IMG/VR virus record: IMGVR_UViG_3300033153_008203
Coordinates: 32,001-96,000 of that record
Direction: 5' to 3' (one strand)
From: a virus
Length of the DNA: 64,000 nt
In this document: positions 54,038-64,000 of the stretch, piece by piece
How positions within the stretch are numbered: position 1 is the first letter of the stretch
Layout: every line of letters starts with the position of its first letter
Translations under genes and position numbers: made by a program
The notes under the pieces: model-generated
Database searches by the model: none
What the model saw: only the letters and a program-made list of their open reading frames with translations
What the model was told of the DNA's origin: nothing

Positions 54038-57000
54038 TTACTCCAATACCTCACTAAAGACTTCTGCTAGCCCTTCTTTTACATCTTCCCATGCATCTTC
54101 GACATCATCGAAAGCCTCACCGAACCTATCGCTATACGCCGACCACAACGTATTGTGTTTGAATCCTTCTATGCCAGCTACAAATGGAACCTTATTAACA
54201 ACAAGAGGCTTAATAATAATTGGCTGGCGCTCTTGAGTTTCTTTGATATAAACTGATCCAATCCCATATAACACAAATGCACCAACTGCGAAGATGCCAC
54301 GCTTGCCTACAGTTTTGTAAGCCACACCCAAGAGCCCCTTAAATCCTCCTCTAAGCTTTAGTGAAGCACCGCCTTTTGCTTTAAAATCAGTGACCTTGTT
54401 TAATAATGTAGACCCTGTTGCCGTAATCTTTGTTTTGGCACCAACTTTAGCTGCACCATATGCGTCCACTGTAGCCGTGCCTAGTCCTACTGACCTAATA
54501 TAGTCTCTTCCCTGCCAATACTTAATTAAACCGGTCTCAGCCAAATCAACTACTTTACCTTTACCGTATAACGAGTATATGTATCCAGTTTTTGCTGCAC
54601 TCTTTATTTTGTCTCCAGCAATTAGTCCTTTTAGAATACCTGTTTCAGTTGCGCCTTTTACTGCCTTTTCCACTACGCCTTTTGGTGTTGTACCTAACAC
54701 TGCTCCTATTACATGGGGTGCAGCCTTTACACCTGCAAACCTTAATTTTGACCAAAGAGCACCAGCTCCTAAGTACTTCAGATAGTTTATCTCTCCCATT
54801 GCTTGTTGCAATGCCATAGTTGCATACTCATTTCCACTAACACAAAGATCTGGAATTATCTCTGTTATAAATCCAGTCTCACTAGAGAAATGATGAACAA
54901 CTTGCTCTACTTCTACAGGACCATACATATCAGCTATGTCGTCAAAAACATGACACACATCATATGGTTTAATCTTTGGATTTCCTAGTACGGTAATGCT
55001 TCCAGTATACACGTCTTTTAGATGTCTTAGAAGTAATCCTTGTGCATATCTAGTAGCCATAAACTCTCCTTCACAGTTTGGCTGCTGAGAGAACAGTAGG
55101 TTTACATTCTCATCTCTAAGATCTTTATCAACTTTAAGAGTTTTCGTATTACCTGTCTTATAGTTAACGTTACCATACTCATCTATCTCTTTTACATCAT
55201 CGACATATTGCACAGTTACTGCATTATAAACGTCTGCATTTACCTTTATATCGTTTGATATGATATTAATCTTATCCGCCAAATAAAAATGCTTTCTGAA
55301 TGGAGTAAATCTGTCTCTAACTATACTTTTTCTTATATTGACAGCACTCTCATCTAGCTCTACTGGAATACCTGATATACCATCTCTCCTTCTGTTTTGA
55401 TTAAGCAGTGTTATTGCTGTACTATGTCCAGGCACTTCTTTCCTAAGCGGAGAATTCTTTTGATACTCTTCTATTGTCTCAGGCCTACTCCAATGTCCCA
55501 TATCTGGTACACCAAAAAACATCGACATCCTGTCGCCATATATTGTAGGCGAAGCAATCCATCCTGGATGTCTAAGCTCCATCTCCTTAAAGATGTCCCA
55601 TATGGTAGTATGAAATATCTTGTAGTCAAGATTAACATATCTTTCTACCATTCCGGTAGCAAATCCATGCATAAAAAGACCTGCAGTTACAACTCCACCT
55701 GTAGCCGCTCCAGCAGTAATTTTAGCAGATGCTACTAGTAGACCGCCATCCCAAAATGCTGTCTTAAATCCTTGTTTAATGCCTTCTGCTATGTTTAGAT
55801 CCCAAGCAGATCCTCCCCAATCAAAGAAATTGCTATCAGTTAAATACAACTCTATACTTGGAGGAAAAATATTATCATCTCTTGGATCTAGATTTGGACC
55901 ATACAACGAGTTTCCTGCTGACGCTATCTCTTCTTTACCTGTAAGAATAATATTAGCAATAGCTGTTTTCTTTCTAGTTCCAAAATGAACAACTTCTGGA
56001 GATTGCATTATCTTAGCAAGCAATCCACCTGTTATTTTCTCAGGTTCTTTTTTTATTTCTTCAGGCTCTTCTACTCCCTTTATCTGACTAACAAGCTCTG
56101 TTGCATAACTCTGACATACAATTGTAACTGCATGTGTTCCTCCAACCTCTACTATCTGTCCATTAAAAACAGTCTCCAATTTTCTCGGGTCATTAGAGTA
56201 TCCTAGTCTTACCTGTATTTTTTGTCCAGGTCTAAGTATTAATGCATCTATTGGATTCTCTGATAAAGACTCTTTGTCTGTTCCTCTTGTCTCATAGAAC
56301 TTGTCATCATCACCAGCATTATATTTTGCAACACTAGTTAGTTTTTGATTCAAGTTAGACATTGTCAATATGCACAAGTCTGCAGGAACTTTTCTGCTCC
56401 TGATTATTTTAATATCATGTACAGCATTATACCCAAAAAAGTCATCAAAGCTTAATCTTGGAATCAAATGAAACTCTTCGTCTTCATCTTCTTCAATAAA
56501 GTATACCTTGTATGTTGGATAAGCCCTGTTCATTGTAAAGATTTCATCGTCATGCGCTTGATCAACTAGTGTGTCAAGCATACCTTTTAGTCCAGTTTGA
56601 CTAAAATCATGAGACTTTACAAACTTTTCATTTATTTTAAAGTAGTCTGTCTTTGTACTGTTGCCGTACTCCTCTGGTCTCTCATGACCATTTGTAGCTG
56701 ATTCTCCAGACCAAACATCTGCTGGTCTCCATTCTTTCTGTACTGTCTCCATTTTCATTGCTATCTCTAATGACTCTTCAGCATACTGCTTAGTATCATT
56801 AAGTAGCTCATTAAAATACTCAGTGTGATTGTCTTCGCTCCAGAAATAATAGTCTGGATCGGTGTCTATAGGCTCATTTGTTATTGTAGTTGGCAAATTC
56901 AAGTCTCTATAACACTCAGTTAAAGACTGTGTTCTGAGCTTGTTTATTTCTTTATCTACACTCTTAAATTGATCTAACTGAAAAATCCCGTTTCCAAACA

Positions 57001-59152
57001 TACTCCAAAATTCATTAGATAATTTCTCATATATCTTTGCAGGTATTGCAATATTAATAGAGTCATCTGGTTCATAGTCCATAGCAGCTACACCTGCGCC
57101 TGCTGCACCTGGTTTTCTTTTTGCAACTATTTTTGGTTTCTTAGAGCTTATCAGATCTTTTACTTTTTTATCAAGGCCATAGATGCTACCCATATTATCA
57201 ACATAACCGCTATGCACATCTTCGTTAGCAATGTAGTCGTTTAATATGTCTACTACATTGTTTATGTGCGACTCAAGAACAGGACTATAGTCTTTTATGT
57301 GTGGACCGTACTTACTCTTTACACCTTGTGTTCTAGTGCCTGGGCTAAAAGTTGCTTGGGCGCCTTCTACTACAATATCTGCCCAGGACTTTTTAGTGCC
57401 TCCATAATCAGCGTAGGCTTCTTGCCCAATAAATTTGCTCATTGTCCCATGCTCAAGATACCTGTCTATCAACGAGAATGCCTTAGTTTTTATCTGCTTA
57501 TTGACCATAACATCTTCTCTAGAGAATCCTTCAGTAAACCACGGATCATACTGTGCAACACTAAAAACAAATATGTCCATATCTGGATTTCCAGGAACTG
57601 TTGATGATTCAGTATTATCTGTTAAACAATGCTCTAAACCAAAAAGTCTCGTAATCGGATTTACTATTGTGAGAACATTGTTATCTCTTATTCTTTTAAA
57701 TTCGTTCTCATTATTATGTGCTGTGTTAAGCGCCAACTTTATATTGTCTATTTGGTCGTTTCTTAATCCTTCTAATGCAAATATTGCTTTAGTATGTTTG
57801 CCACCCATATACTGAGTAGTAGGGTATTCATGTCCGACTATAGGGATAGAAGTAATATTGTGCGTCAATGACACATTAACACTGGTAACTGCAAGCCTAT
57901 CATTGCCTTGAACTATCGTCTGTGATGCCTGTATCTTCCATATGTTTCGTGCATTTGTAGGTAAGTAACCAGTGGACCTTTTCTGTTTAAGAAAATCAGT
58001 ATACACTCTCATGTAGTCTTCATTGTCAAGCGCATTTTTCTTGTCGCTTATTAGTGATCCAATAGAATGGTTTTCCCTGATTATCTCTTCTACGTTCTTT
58101 TTACCAAGCTCTCCTGTGTAGCTAAAGTGCCATGGTCTATCTTTGTTTGGAGTAAAACTATTATCTTGTGCTATTGCAACAAATGACTTATATCTTTTGT
58201 CATTATAGTACTTACTCTTAAGTTCTGTTATCCCAGTAGCGCTGCCAATAGAGTGTAATATCAAATCAAATGCTAATCCAGCCATATGCTCATTCATAAT
58301 AGCTTTATCTTCTGTCTCATCTGTATAAAAATCTATTCCGCCGGCAGGAATAAACATATTTGAAACAGGCATCCCTACTCCATACTTCCTTTTATAAAGC
58401 CTAGCAAGATGCTTAAAGGTACCAGTGGCATTTCTATGCATCTTTGAGCTAGGACCAATAATTCTAGTGTCGCTAGTATTAGAAGAGAACAATGTCTTTC
58501 CTATCTCTGCTACTTCACTTTCTGATAAGTGTCCAGCTGTTGGTGGCGTATCTCTCATGTAAGTATTATACGCTAGAGTTAAATCATTGTTTGCAGCAGT
58601 AATAGTTGGGATAGCATTTAGCACTCTTTGGAATCCCTTTTGATACAAGTTAGATTGAGTTGGGTCTATAACCTTTTGATACTTGTTTTTCTCATCAATT
58701 CTTGGTCCAGTAAGCTCATTTTTAAAAGAGAAGTCAGGAGAATAAGGAAGATAATTAAACAATGTCATATCAAAATTCGCGAACAACGATTCAGGTAGAT
58801 CAGGCACCGTATAAACACTAAGGTTACTAAGTGTTACAGCAAGATTAGATGACTCTGTTACTTCTGATAATGCTGCATTGGATATATATCTACTGCTAAT
58901 ATGAGCAAATGGCGACACCTTAAAGTGCGCTATCAAATGTCTTAGTTTATTGTTGATCTCATTTGTATTTGGAAACGCCATTTCTGCAGACACTACAAAT
59001 ATAGATCTGCCTGAACGAGCCCCTGTCGGAGTACTCTGTCTAAGGACATGATTGTACGCATTCATATTTCTCTTATGAAGCTGTATTCTAGTTGTATTTG
59101 CAGTCAGATCAAGACCGTTTAATACGAAATCATATGTTGGATTATCAGCCAT
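54038..59152 (-). CDS. Giant baseplate hub protein with embedded M15-like peptidoglycan peptidase domain
   Basis: EHMAGLAFD...RPWHFSY; hub motifs GQKIQVRLGY...VFNGQI and GSITVLGNPKIKPYD...VEQVVHHFS..GFITEI. Confidence 0.72.
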   Translation of the reverse strand: MADNPTYDFVLNGLDLTANTTRIQLHKRNMNAYNHVLRQSTPTGARSGRSIFVVSAEMAFPNTNEINNKLRHLIAHFKVSPFAHISSRYISNAALSEVTESSNLAVTLSNLSVYTVPDLPESLFANFDMTLFNYLPYSPDFSFKNELTGPRIDEKNKYQKVIDPTQSNLYQKGFQRVLNAIPTITAANNDLTLAYNTYMRDTPPTAGHLSESEVAEIGKTLFSSNTSDTRIIGPSSKMHRNATGTFKHLARLYKRKYGVGMPVSNMFIPAGGIDFYTDETEDKAIMNEHMAGLAFDLILHSIGSATGITELKSKYYNDKRYKSFVAIAQDNSFTPNKDRPWHFSYTGELGKKNVEEIIRENHSIGSLISDKKNALDNEDYMRVYTDFLKQKRSTGYLPTNARNIWKIQASQTIVQGNDRLAVTSVNVSLTHNITSIPIVGHEYPTTQYMGGKHTKAIFALEGLRNDQIDNIKLALNTAHNNENEFKRIRDNNVLTIVNPITRLFGLEHCLTDNTESSTVPGNPDMDIFVFSVAQYDPWFTEGFSREDVMVNKQIKTKAFSLIDRYLEHGTMSKFIGQEAYADYGGTKKSWADIVVEGAQATFSPGTRTQGVKSKYGPHIKDYSPVLESHINNVVDILNDYIANEDVHSGYVDNMGSIYGLDKKVKDLISSKKPKIVAKRKPGAAGAGVAAMDYEPDDSINIAIPAKIYEKLSNEFWSMFGNGIFQLDQFKSVDKEINKLRTQSLTECYRDLNLPTTITNEPIDTDPDYYFWSEDNHTEYFNELLNDTKQYAEESLEIAMKMETVQKEWRPADVWSGESATNGHERPEEYGNSTKTDYFKINEKFVKSHDFSQTGLKGMLDTLVDQAHDDEIFTMNRAYPTYKVYFIEEDEDEEFHLIPRLSFDDFFGYNAVHDIKIIRSRKVPADLCILTMSNLNQKLTSVAKYNAGDDDKFYETRGTDKESLSENPIDALILRPGQKIQVRLGYSNDPRKLETVFNGQIVEVGGTHAVTIVCQSYATELVSQIKGVEEPEEIKKEPEKITGGLLAKIMQSPEVVHFGTRKKTAIANIILTGKEEIASAGNSLYGPNLDPRDDNIFPPSIELYLTDSNFFDWGGSAWDLNIAEGIKQGFKTAFWDGGLLVASAKITAGAATGGVVTAGLFMHGFATGMVERYVNLDYKIFHTTIWDIFKEMELRHPGWIASPTIYGDRMSMFFGVPDMGHWSRPETIEEYQKNSPLRKEVPGHSTAITLLNQNRRRDGISGIPVELDESAVNIRKSIVRDRFTPFRKHFYLADKINIISNDIKVNADVYNAVTVQYVDDVKEIDEYGNVNYKTGNTKTLKVDKDLRDENVNLLFSQQPNCEGEFMATRYAQGLLLRHLKDVYTGSITVLGNPKIKPYDVCHVFDDIADMYGPVEVEQVVHHFSSETGFITEIIPDLCVSGNEYATMALQQAMGEINYLKYLGAGALWSKLRFAGVKAAPHVIGAVLGTTPKGVVEKAVKGATETGILKGLIAGDKIKSAAKTGYIYSLYGKGKVVDLAETGLIKYWQGRDYIRSVGLGTATVDAYGAAKVGAKTKITATGSTLLNKVTDFKAKGGASLKLRGGFKGLLGVAYKTVGKRGIFAVGAFVLYGIGSVYIKETQERQPIIIKPLVVNKVPFVAGIEGFKHNTLWSAYSDRFGEAFDDVEDAWEDVKEGLAEVFSEVLE

Positions 59153-59154
59153 TC

Positions 59155-62100
59155 TTAGCCCTCTATTAGTCTATCTATCATTTCAGCGGTTATTGTCCTT
59201 GAATTGTCATTTATATTAACGTTAACATTAGAAGGCATTTTCATTCTTTCCATTATTTTTTGGCTTATCTCATTATAGTCTACATTTGCAGATTCCCTAC
59301 CCCTAATTCTTACAACGCTTGACATAGGAGTTGTGTTTTGATCTACCATTGCCTTTGGCGTATGCTGCATAGCTTGTGGTGAACCTACTTGTCCAGCCTT
59401 TAATTGGCCTCCCTGTATACTCTCTGGATGTATATACTTAGGCTTAGCCTGAAAATTTAAGTCAGGTATAACCATCTCTCCTGCTGATCCTCGTGGAGGT
59501 CTTGATGGTGGTGCCATAATATTATGTCCGCCAAAAGGAGTCTCTTCTCTAGATTTTGCACCAAGATAAAAAAGTCCTCCCGCCAAAGCAGTTGCTGCTG
59601 CAACCATTGCTGTTCCTTTACCCATACCAGCAAATTGACCTTTCATCATAGTCTTCACATTAGCAGTAAGAGTTTCTACAGCAGAATATCCAGTTGCTCC
59701 TGATTTCATTGACAAAATAGGATCAGGCATCATAGCACCATGCATTGATCCGCCTGCTGCGTCTGCAGTTCTCAAGACTCGCATCGGATCACTTGCAAGC
59801 CTTAGTGCTGCTGCAGTAGTTGGTCCTTTGCGACCAATGTGCATAAATGCCTTTAGGTCTTCAGCTTTTACTGCTGAACCTTTCCTTGCCTTTAAAGATC
59901 TAGTAACTATTTCCTCGACATCTATTCCTTGTTCAGCAAGCTTACTCAAATCAAATCTTTTGCCTACCGCTTCAGATATTTGGCCTGCACCTTCTATTAT
60001 GCCTTCAGGACTCCTGGCACCACGAATAGCTTTCATTATTCTTTGCGACTCTCCAATCATTGCTTTAGCTTCTGCTGGAGTCATGTGCTTTGCAGATATG
60101 ATTTCCTGAGGAACATTTTCATACAATTGCTGTGCACCTGCTATTATTTTTTTATCTCCAGATGCAGCAGCGCTTTCAAGTATGTCTTCAAATGCAACAT
60201 CTAATGCTCCTATTTCAGATGTAACTGCCATCTTTAACTGTTCTCCTAGCTGACTGAATTCAACTGCTGCGGCACCAGATACAGCTCCTCGTTTTGCTCT
60301 ACTGAATATCGCTGCTGATTTTGCAAAGTCATCAAAGGTAGCAGTAAGCGTTTTGTGCTTTAGCATTTTTCTAGCAGTTTCTTGTTCCCTTTTATTCATG
60401 ACTGTTGTGACTATTACATTATCTCCATCATAGTCTCCTCTCAGCACTTTCATGACAGACTCGCTAGCTTCAAGCTGATGACCAAGTTCGTCAAGCTTAG
60501 AATCGTATCTTAGTCTAATTGGAAACGCACCTGTCTTACCTGTTATTGGATGTCTAGCTACTAAACCTTCAACAGCTTCTCCTCTTAAAAAGGCTTCACG
60601 CTGAGACTTTACAAATGCCTTATCGGTTGAGTCTGCCCACATCTTTTCCATAATATTGCGGCTTGCTTTAACCTCTGCTTCTCTTTCAATCCATCTTCCT
60701 GCTTCAGCAGAAGGAAATGGCCCTATGAATCCTGTAGCCTGACTCTGAACTCTCGTGTAAACAAAACCAGGAGTCTTGGCTTTACCTGCCGTAGCTCTAG
60801 CATATTGCGTAGAAAGCTCAATATCAAGATTCTTCATTGCAGCAGTAACGTCTTTCGCTGATTCCTTAGTCATTACAGCAGAAAGAAGTTCTGAGTATCT
60901 TTTAAGTGTTGATAGAGCCTCTCTTTTGCCAGCTTCACCAGGACGCGTTCCCATTCCAGTTACTTCAGTTATTGACGGCAAATACATATGCTTCTTAAGA
61001 CCGTATGTCTTTTGTTGCTCTTCTGTAAACTTTAGCAGCGTGCCTTCTTGACTCCATATTGTCTTGTCACTGGTTCGCCTAAGCATTGATCTATCAAGCT
61101 CCTGTGCACCAGCAAACTGTTGCTCTGTTAGCAGCTTAGAAAGGTTAGCGTCTCCAGCTACAGACAGCATTGCTTTTCTTAGTTCTGTTACAGCTCCGTA
61201 TGACTTGCCCAGTCTTCTTTGGCCTACAATCTCTGCGACTCCTTCTCCTGTAGGTCCTCCTAAACCGGCCTTCCATATTGCTCTTGTCTCAAATGATCCT
61301 TTTACCATCTCATGAGCACCAAGCTCTCCACCTGGAACAACCTGAGCTATACCAAATGCAAATGGGTTCCTTTTAATATATTCTAGTTCTTTTTCACTGA
61401 AATCTATAGCTCCAGACAGTATTGCACTGGATTCTTCTTTTATCTCTTTAGCATATGTGCCAAATACCATTCCAAACTCAACACCAGTTAAGCCATGCTT
61501 TCTTGACAATGCTAATAGCTTACGCTCAACACCATATGCTTGGCCTTGTACGTCAGAAAGATACTGTAATGGATCATCAGTAAACGCATTATTAACACCA
61601 GCTTGACTAAGGATATGTCTTAGCCCTGTTGTCATTTGATATTTTCTGGCTCTAGGATCTTTAAATAGTGCCTCATAATGCGTAAAAGCTTCTGGCTTAA
61701 TTCCTGTTCCTGAAACTTTTTGTGCATACTTAGCTAACATACTTGACTCTTGAGGCCTCAATACACTTTTTACTCCACCTTCTCCAAATACTTTTTGGGC
61801 TACGCCTCCTCTTACTTGTCTTTCTATCTCTACTGTTACGTAATCGGTGCCTGATGCCTTTTTTACACTCTTTATTATGTCTGTAATATCGTCACCAACG
61901 GTTTGAGATATTAGCTCATCTAAGTCTGATGTCTTTCCACCATATACAACCTCTCCTGCTGCAGTTGTTGTCTTTAGCAGCTCACGTCCCATACCTAGTC
62001 GTGCTCCTGCTGCCAACCTAACAGGTTTCCCTGTTGCTTGTGCTTCGACTATTTCTGGTGCCAAAGGAAGAATTCCAGAGCTCTCTAATATACGATACTT

Positions 62101-63588
62101 ACGTGTTGACTGAGTATTAAGCATTTCTGTAATCGTATCTGAAACTGCTATCTCTCCTTCTCTAACGCCAAGGTCCATCATGTCAGGCATATACAGCATT
62201 GGCATATTAAGGTCTCTTATATTGGCCATCTGTATTGCAGCTTCAGCTGTTACTGTCTTTCTTATTCCTCTTGCCTTCTCAAACATTCTTACACTCTGTA
62301 CTGCATCACTAGTAAGAGTTGTTTCAGGCCTTATAATATGAAGAGGTTTTCGCGCCCAACGTGTCTCTTCTCCAAAAGGAACAAGCTTAGTCAAATCTAC
62401 ACCACGCTGAAACGGATAGAACTGTCTACCACCTTCGGTTCTTATTATCTCTCCTTTTGGGCTATAGAATATGCCCGGTCTTGCTACTTGTTTCTCTATC
62501 CATGCTGGCAAATCTTCTGGAGCCATATCTTTTGGCAACTCTATATTGACTCTACTTGAACGCATTGTTTCCCAAACTCCAGAGACTCCAGTTTCAGGAC
62601 CAGCAGGCATAGCTTGAGGAAAAAAGTCCCCATACAGTTTTCTCATGTCTTTTAGATTGTCTTTTCCTTCCGCCTTAAAATGATGTAATCCAGCATCCCA
62701 CTTAGCAAGCAACCCATTCTTATTGACAAGGTCTTCTATAATGAACTCTCCAAAGTTTAATAATCTTCCCTTGGCTCCTTGACGCTCAAGAGTATCTACC
62801 TCTCCAAATATGTTAGATGCGAGAGAACTTACGGGCACACTAGAGGTCAATGGTATCTGCATTGTACGTCTTGCCCTATCAGCTCCAGTTGCCTTGCTTA
62901 TTCCGAACTGCATGACTGGTGCACCTGCGATCTCTTTAATACTAAAACCAGTGCTTACATCAAACTTATCAGGAAAGTTTTTACCTACAAGCTCTGAAAC
63001 TCTAGCATGTAGCTTAGTTGCATGTCCTTTGTGTGTGCTTCTATTAGTAATATCTAATACTTCTTCAGGTGCAAAGCTATATTCGGTTGTTAGTCTCTTA
63101 ACGTCTAAGTCGTCAACCATTGCAACTTGAGACCTTACATTCTTCATCAAAGATGTCCTTCCCATTCTTTGGGAAAGATTCTCAAGCTTCTGAACAAGTT
63201 CTCCAGAACCAACTGATGGAAGCCCATCAACCTCTAGCAACCCTTCGTTTCTCATTAGGTCTTGTACATCTGCAACACCTAAATGCCTAAAGGTCTGCAT
63301 TAAAGCATTACGAGTAGCATGCTCTAACTTGAAGCGCATATTCCTATCCCCTTTATTCTGAATCCTAATCAAGTCCTGAAGAATCTGCTGATTTACAGTC
63401 GTAGCTTTTACAAATGGCTCTTTGCTTCTAGGGTTAATCATGTTCTGAAGTCCCAGTCTGCCTTGACGAGACTTAAGCCTATATGGGTCTAAAGAATCTT
63501 CTACTGTCTTAAAGTTATACACGCCCTTAACATCACGAAGATGTTGCTTGAGACTTCTATTCTGTTTTTTTATCTTATTGTCTGACAT
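59155..63588 (-). CDS. Putative single-chain two-barrel (double-psi beta-barrel) RNA polymerase, probably virion-associated
   Basis: beta-like GVREGEIAVSD and KVFGEGGVKSV; beta'-like GKAKTPG, ARHPIT and GDYDGD; C-terminal hydrophobic helix; TAATG start at 63588. Confidence 0.75.
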   Translation of the reverse strand: MSDNKIKKQNRSLKQHLRDVKGVYNFKTVEDSLDPYRLKSRQGRLGLQNMINPRSKEPFVKATTVNQQILQDLIRIQNKGDRNMRFKLEHATRNALMQTFRHLGVADVQDLMRNEGLLEVDGLPSVGSGELVQKLENLSQRMGRTSLMKNVRSQVAMVDDLDVKRLTTEYSFAPEEVLDITNRSTHKGHATKLHARVSELVGKNFPDKFDVSTGFSIKEIAGAPVMQFGISKATGADRARRTMQIPLTSSVPVSSLASNIFGEVDTLERQGAKGRLLNFGEFIIEDLVNKNGLLAKWDAGLHHFKAEGKDNLKDMRKLYGDFFPQAMPAGPETGVSGVWETMRSSRVNIELPKDMAPEDLPAWIEKQVARPGIFYSPKGEIIRTEGGRQFYPFQRGVDLTKLVPFGEETRWARKPLHIIRPETTLTSDAVQSVRMFEKARGIRKTVTAEAAIQMANIRDLNMPMLYMPDMMDLGVREGEIAVSDTITEMLNTQSTRKYRILESSGILPLAPEIVEAQATGKPVRLAAGARLGMGRELLKTTTAAGEVVYGGKTSDLDELISQTVGDDITDIIKSVKKASGTDYVTVEIERQVRGGVAQKVFGEGGVKSVLRPQESSMLAKYAQKVSGTGIKPEAFTHYEALFKDPRARKYQMTTGLRHILSQAGVNNAFTDDPLQYLSDVQGQAYGVERKLLALSRKHGLTGVEFGMVFGTYAKEIKEESSAILSGAIDFSEKELEYIKRNPFAFGIAQVVPGGELGAHEMVKGSFETRAIWKAGLGGPTGEGVAEIVGQRRLGKSYGAVTELRKAMLSVAGDANLSKLLTEQQFAGAQELDRSMLRRTSDKTIWSQEGTLLKFTEEQQKTYGLKKHMYLPSITEVTGMGTRPGEAGKREALSTLKRYSELLSAVMTKESAKDVTAAMKNLDIELSTQYARATAGKAKTPGFVYTRVQSQATGFIGPFPSAEAGRWIEREAEVKASRNIMEKMWADSTDKAFVKSQREAFLRGEAVEGLVARHPITGKTGAFPIRLRYDSKLDELGHQLEASESVMKVLRGDYDGDNVIVTTVMNKREQETARKMLKHKTLTATFDDFAKSAAIFSRAKRGAVSGAAAVEFSQLGEQLKMAVTSEIGALDVAFEDILESAAASGDKKIIAGAQQLYENVPQEIISAKHMTPAEAKAMIGESQRIMKAIRGARSPEGIIEGAGQISEAVGKRFDLSKLAEQGIDVEEIVTRSLKARKGSAVKAEDLKAFMHIGRKGPTTAAALRLASDPMRVLRTADAAGGSMHGAMMPDPILSMKSGATGYSAVETLTANVKTMMKGQFAGMGKGTAMVAAATALAGGLFYLGAKSREETPFGGHNIMAPPSRPPRGSAGEMVIPDLNFQAKPKYIHPESIQGGQLKAGQVGSPQAMQHTPKAMVDQNTTPMSSVVRIRGRESANVDYNEISQKIMERMKMPSNVNVNINDNSRTITAEMIDRLIEG

Positions 63589-63998
63589 TAAATCCAACCT
63601 TCCTTAACAGCGTTCTCGAATCCAACCTGCAATGAATCCCTTGTTATATCAAGATCTATTATGTTTTGCGGGTCCTTCTTTAGAAACTTATCTACAGTAA
63701 TATTAACGTCTTCGACCCCGTAACTAGCTAAGATATCATGTAAAGCTGCTCTCATATCACCTGCTGACATATCACCTTCCATATGTGTGACCTGCTCGAT
63801 TGCATCTTCATCTATGTATGGTTTGTATGGAAGAGTCTTTTCTCTTGACTCCCAAAGATTAAAGTCATGCACATCTTTTCCTTCATTCTTTACCACAACA
63901 AACTTAATATCCTCTAAGTCTGTCTGTGGATGAAACCCTACGAAATCATTCCTAGGCAATGGATGACTTTTAAAGTAGTCTTCCAGCAATCTCTCACG
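63588..63998 (-). CDS. C-terminus of a large virion/tape-measure-region protein; 5' end outside the window
   Basis: Frame is open to the window edge; translationally coupled to the RNAP-like gene. Confidence 0.6.
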   Translation of the reverse strand, partial: RERLLEDYFKSHPLPRNDFVGFHPQTDLEDIKFVVVKNEGKDVHDFNLWESREKTLPYKPYIDEDAIEQVTHMEGDMSAGDMRAALHDILASYGVEDVNITVDKFLKKDPQNIIDLDITRDSLQVGFENAVKEGWI

Positions 63999-64000
63999 TT

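Noticed and set aside
14265-63130. Numerous short + strand ORFs in the track (and - strand ORFs within 185-11145)
   Set aside because: They are antisense shadows of well-supported genes, with no RBS or recognisable motifs.
59155-63588. Plain tape-measure protein with a chance DxDGD
   Set aside because: Several further RNAP motifs occur in the correct order and spacing, and there is no tape-measure repeat periodicity; structural confirmation is still required.
1-64000. tRNA, rRNA or CRISPR arrays
   Set aside because: Intergenic gaps are very short, and I saw no cloverleaf or repeat-spacer periodicity. tRNAscan and CRISPR tools were not run.
1-64000. Stop-codon reassignment, as in some large phages
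   Set aside because: Code 11 gives dense, long ORFs; TAA, TAG and TGA all end genes at coupled junctions; broken genes are frameshifts, not in-frame stops.

Overview
A 64-kb interior fragment of a large (probably jumbo) contractile-tailed dsDNA phage genome. It is AT-rich, uses the standard genetic code, is densely packed, and probably infects a diderm bacterium. Two blocks converge at about 11165. The + block (1-11167) holds replication and nucleotide genes: the DnaE C-terminus, a metallophosphoesterase, a DnaG-DnaB fusion, dcd, an HslV-like peptidase and nucleases; tandem consensus sigma70 promoters lie within it at 3182-3294. The - block (11164-64000) runs, in transcription order: giant virion proteins, baseplate and fibre genes, a lysis cassette, accessory virion genes, an actin-fold ATPase, a five-gene glycosyl/methyl/sulfo-transferase cluster, then a Cas4-like nuclease, a phage sigma factor, an HNH and RusA. 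The strongest finding is the 1477-aa protein at 59155-63588, inside the tail operon. It carries, in order, the beta-like (KxxGxxGxK) and beta'-like (RHP...GDYDGD) catalytic motifs of two-barrel RNA polymerases plus a C-terminal hydrophobic helix, so it is a candidate single-chain, virion-delivered and possibly membrane-tethered RNAP. Also notable: a volactin-like actin with a putative partner; the glycan-building and decorating cluster; a stand-alone CheY-like receiver inside the lysis cassette; a candidate phage late-promoter motif; and frameshifts in three of four homing endonuclease genes. No tRNA, rRNA or CRISPR array was seen. All calls come from reading motifs by eye; no searches were run.
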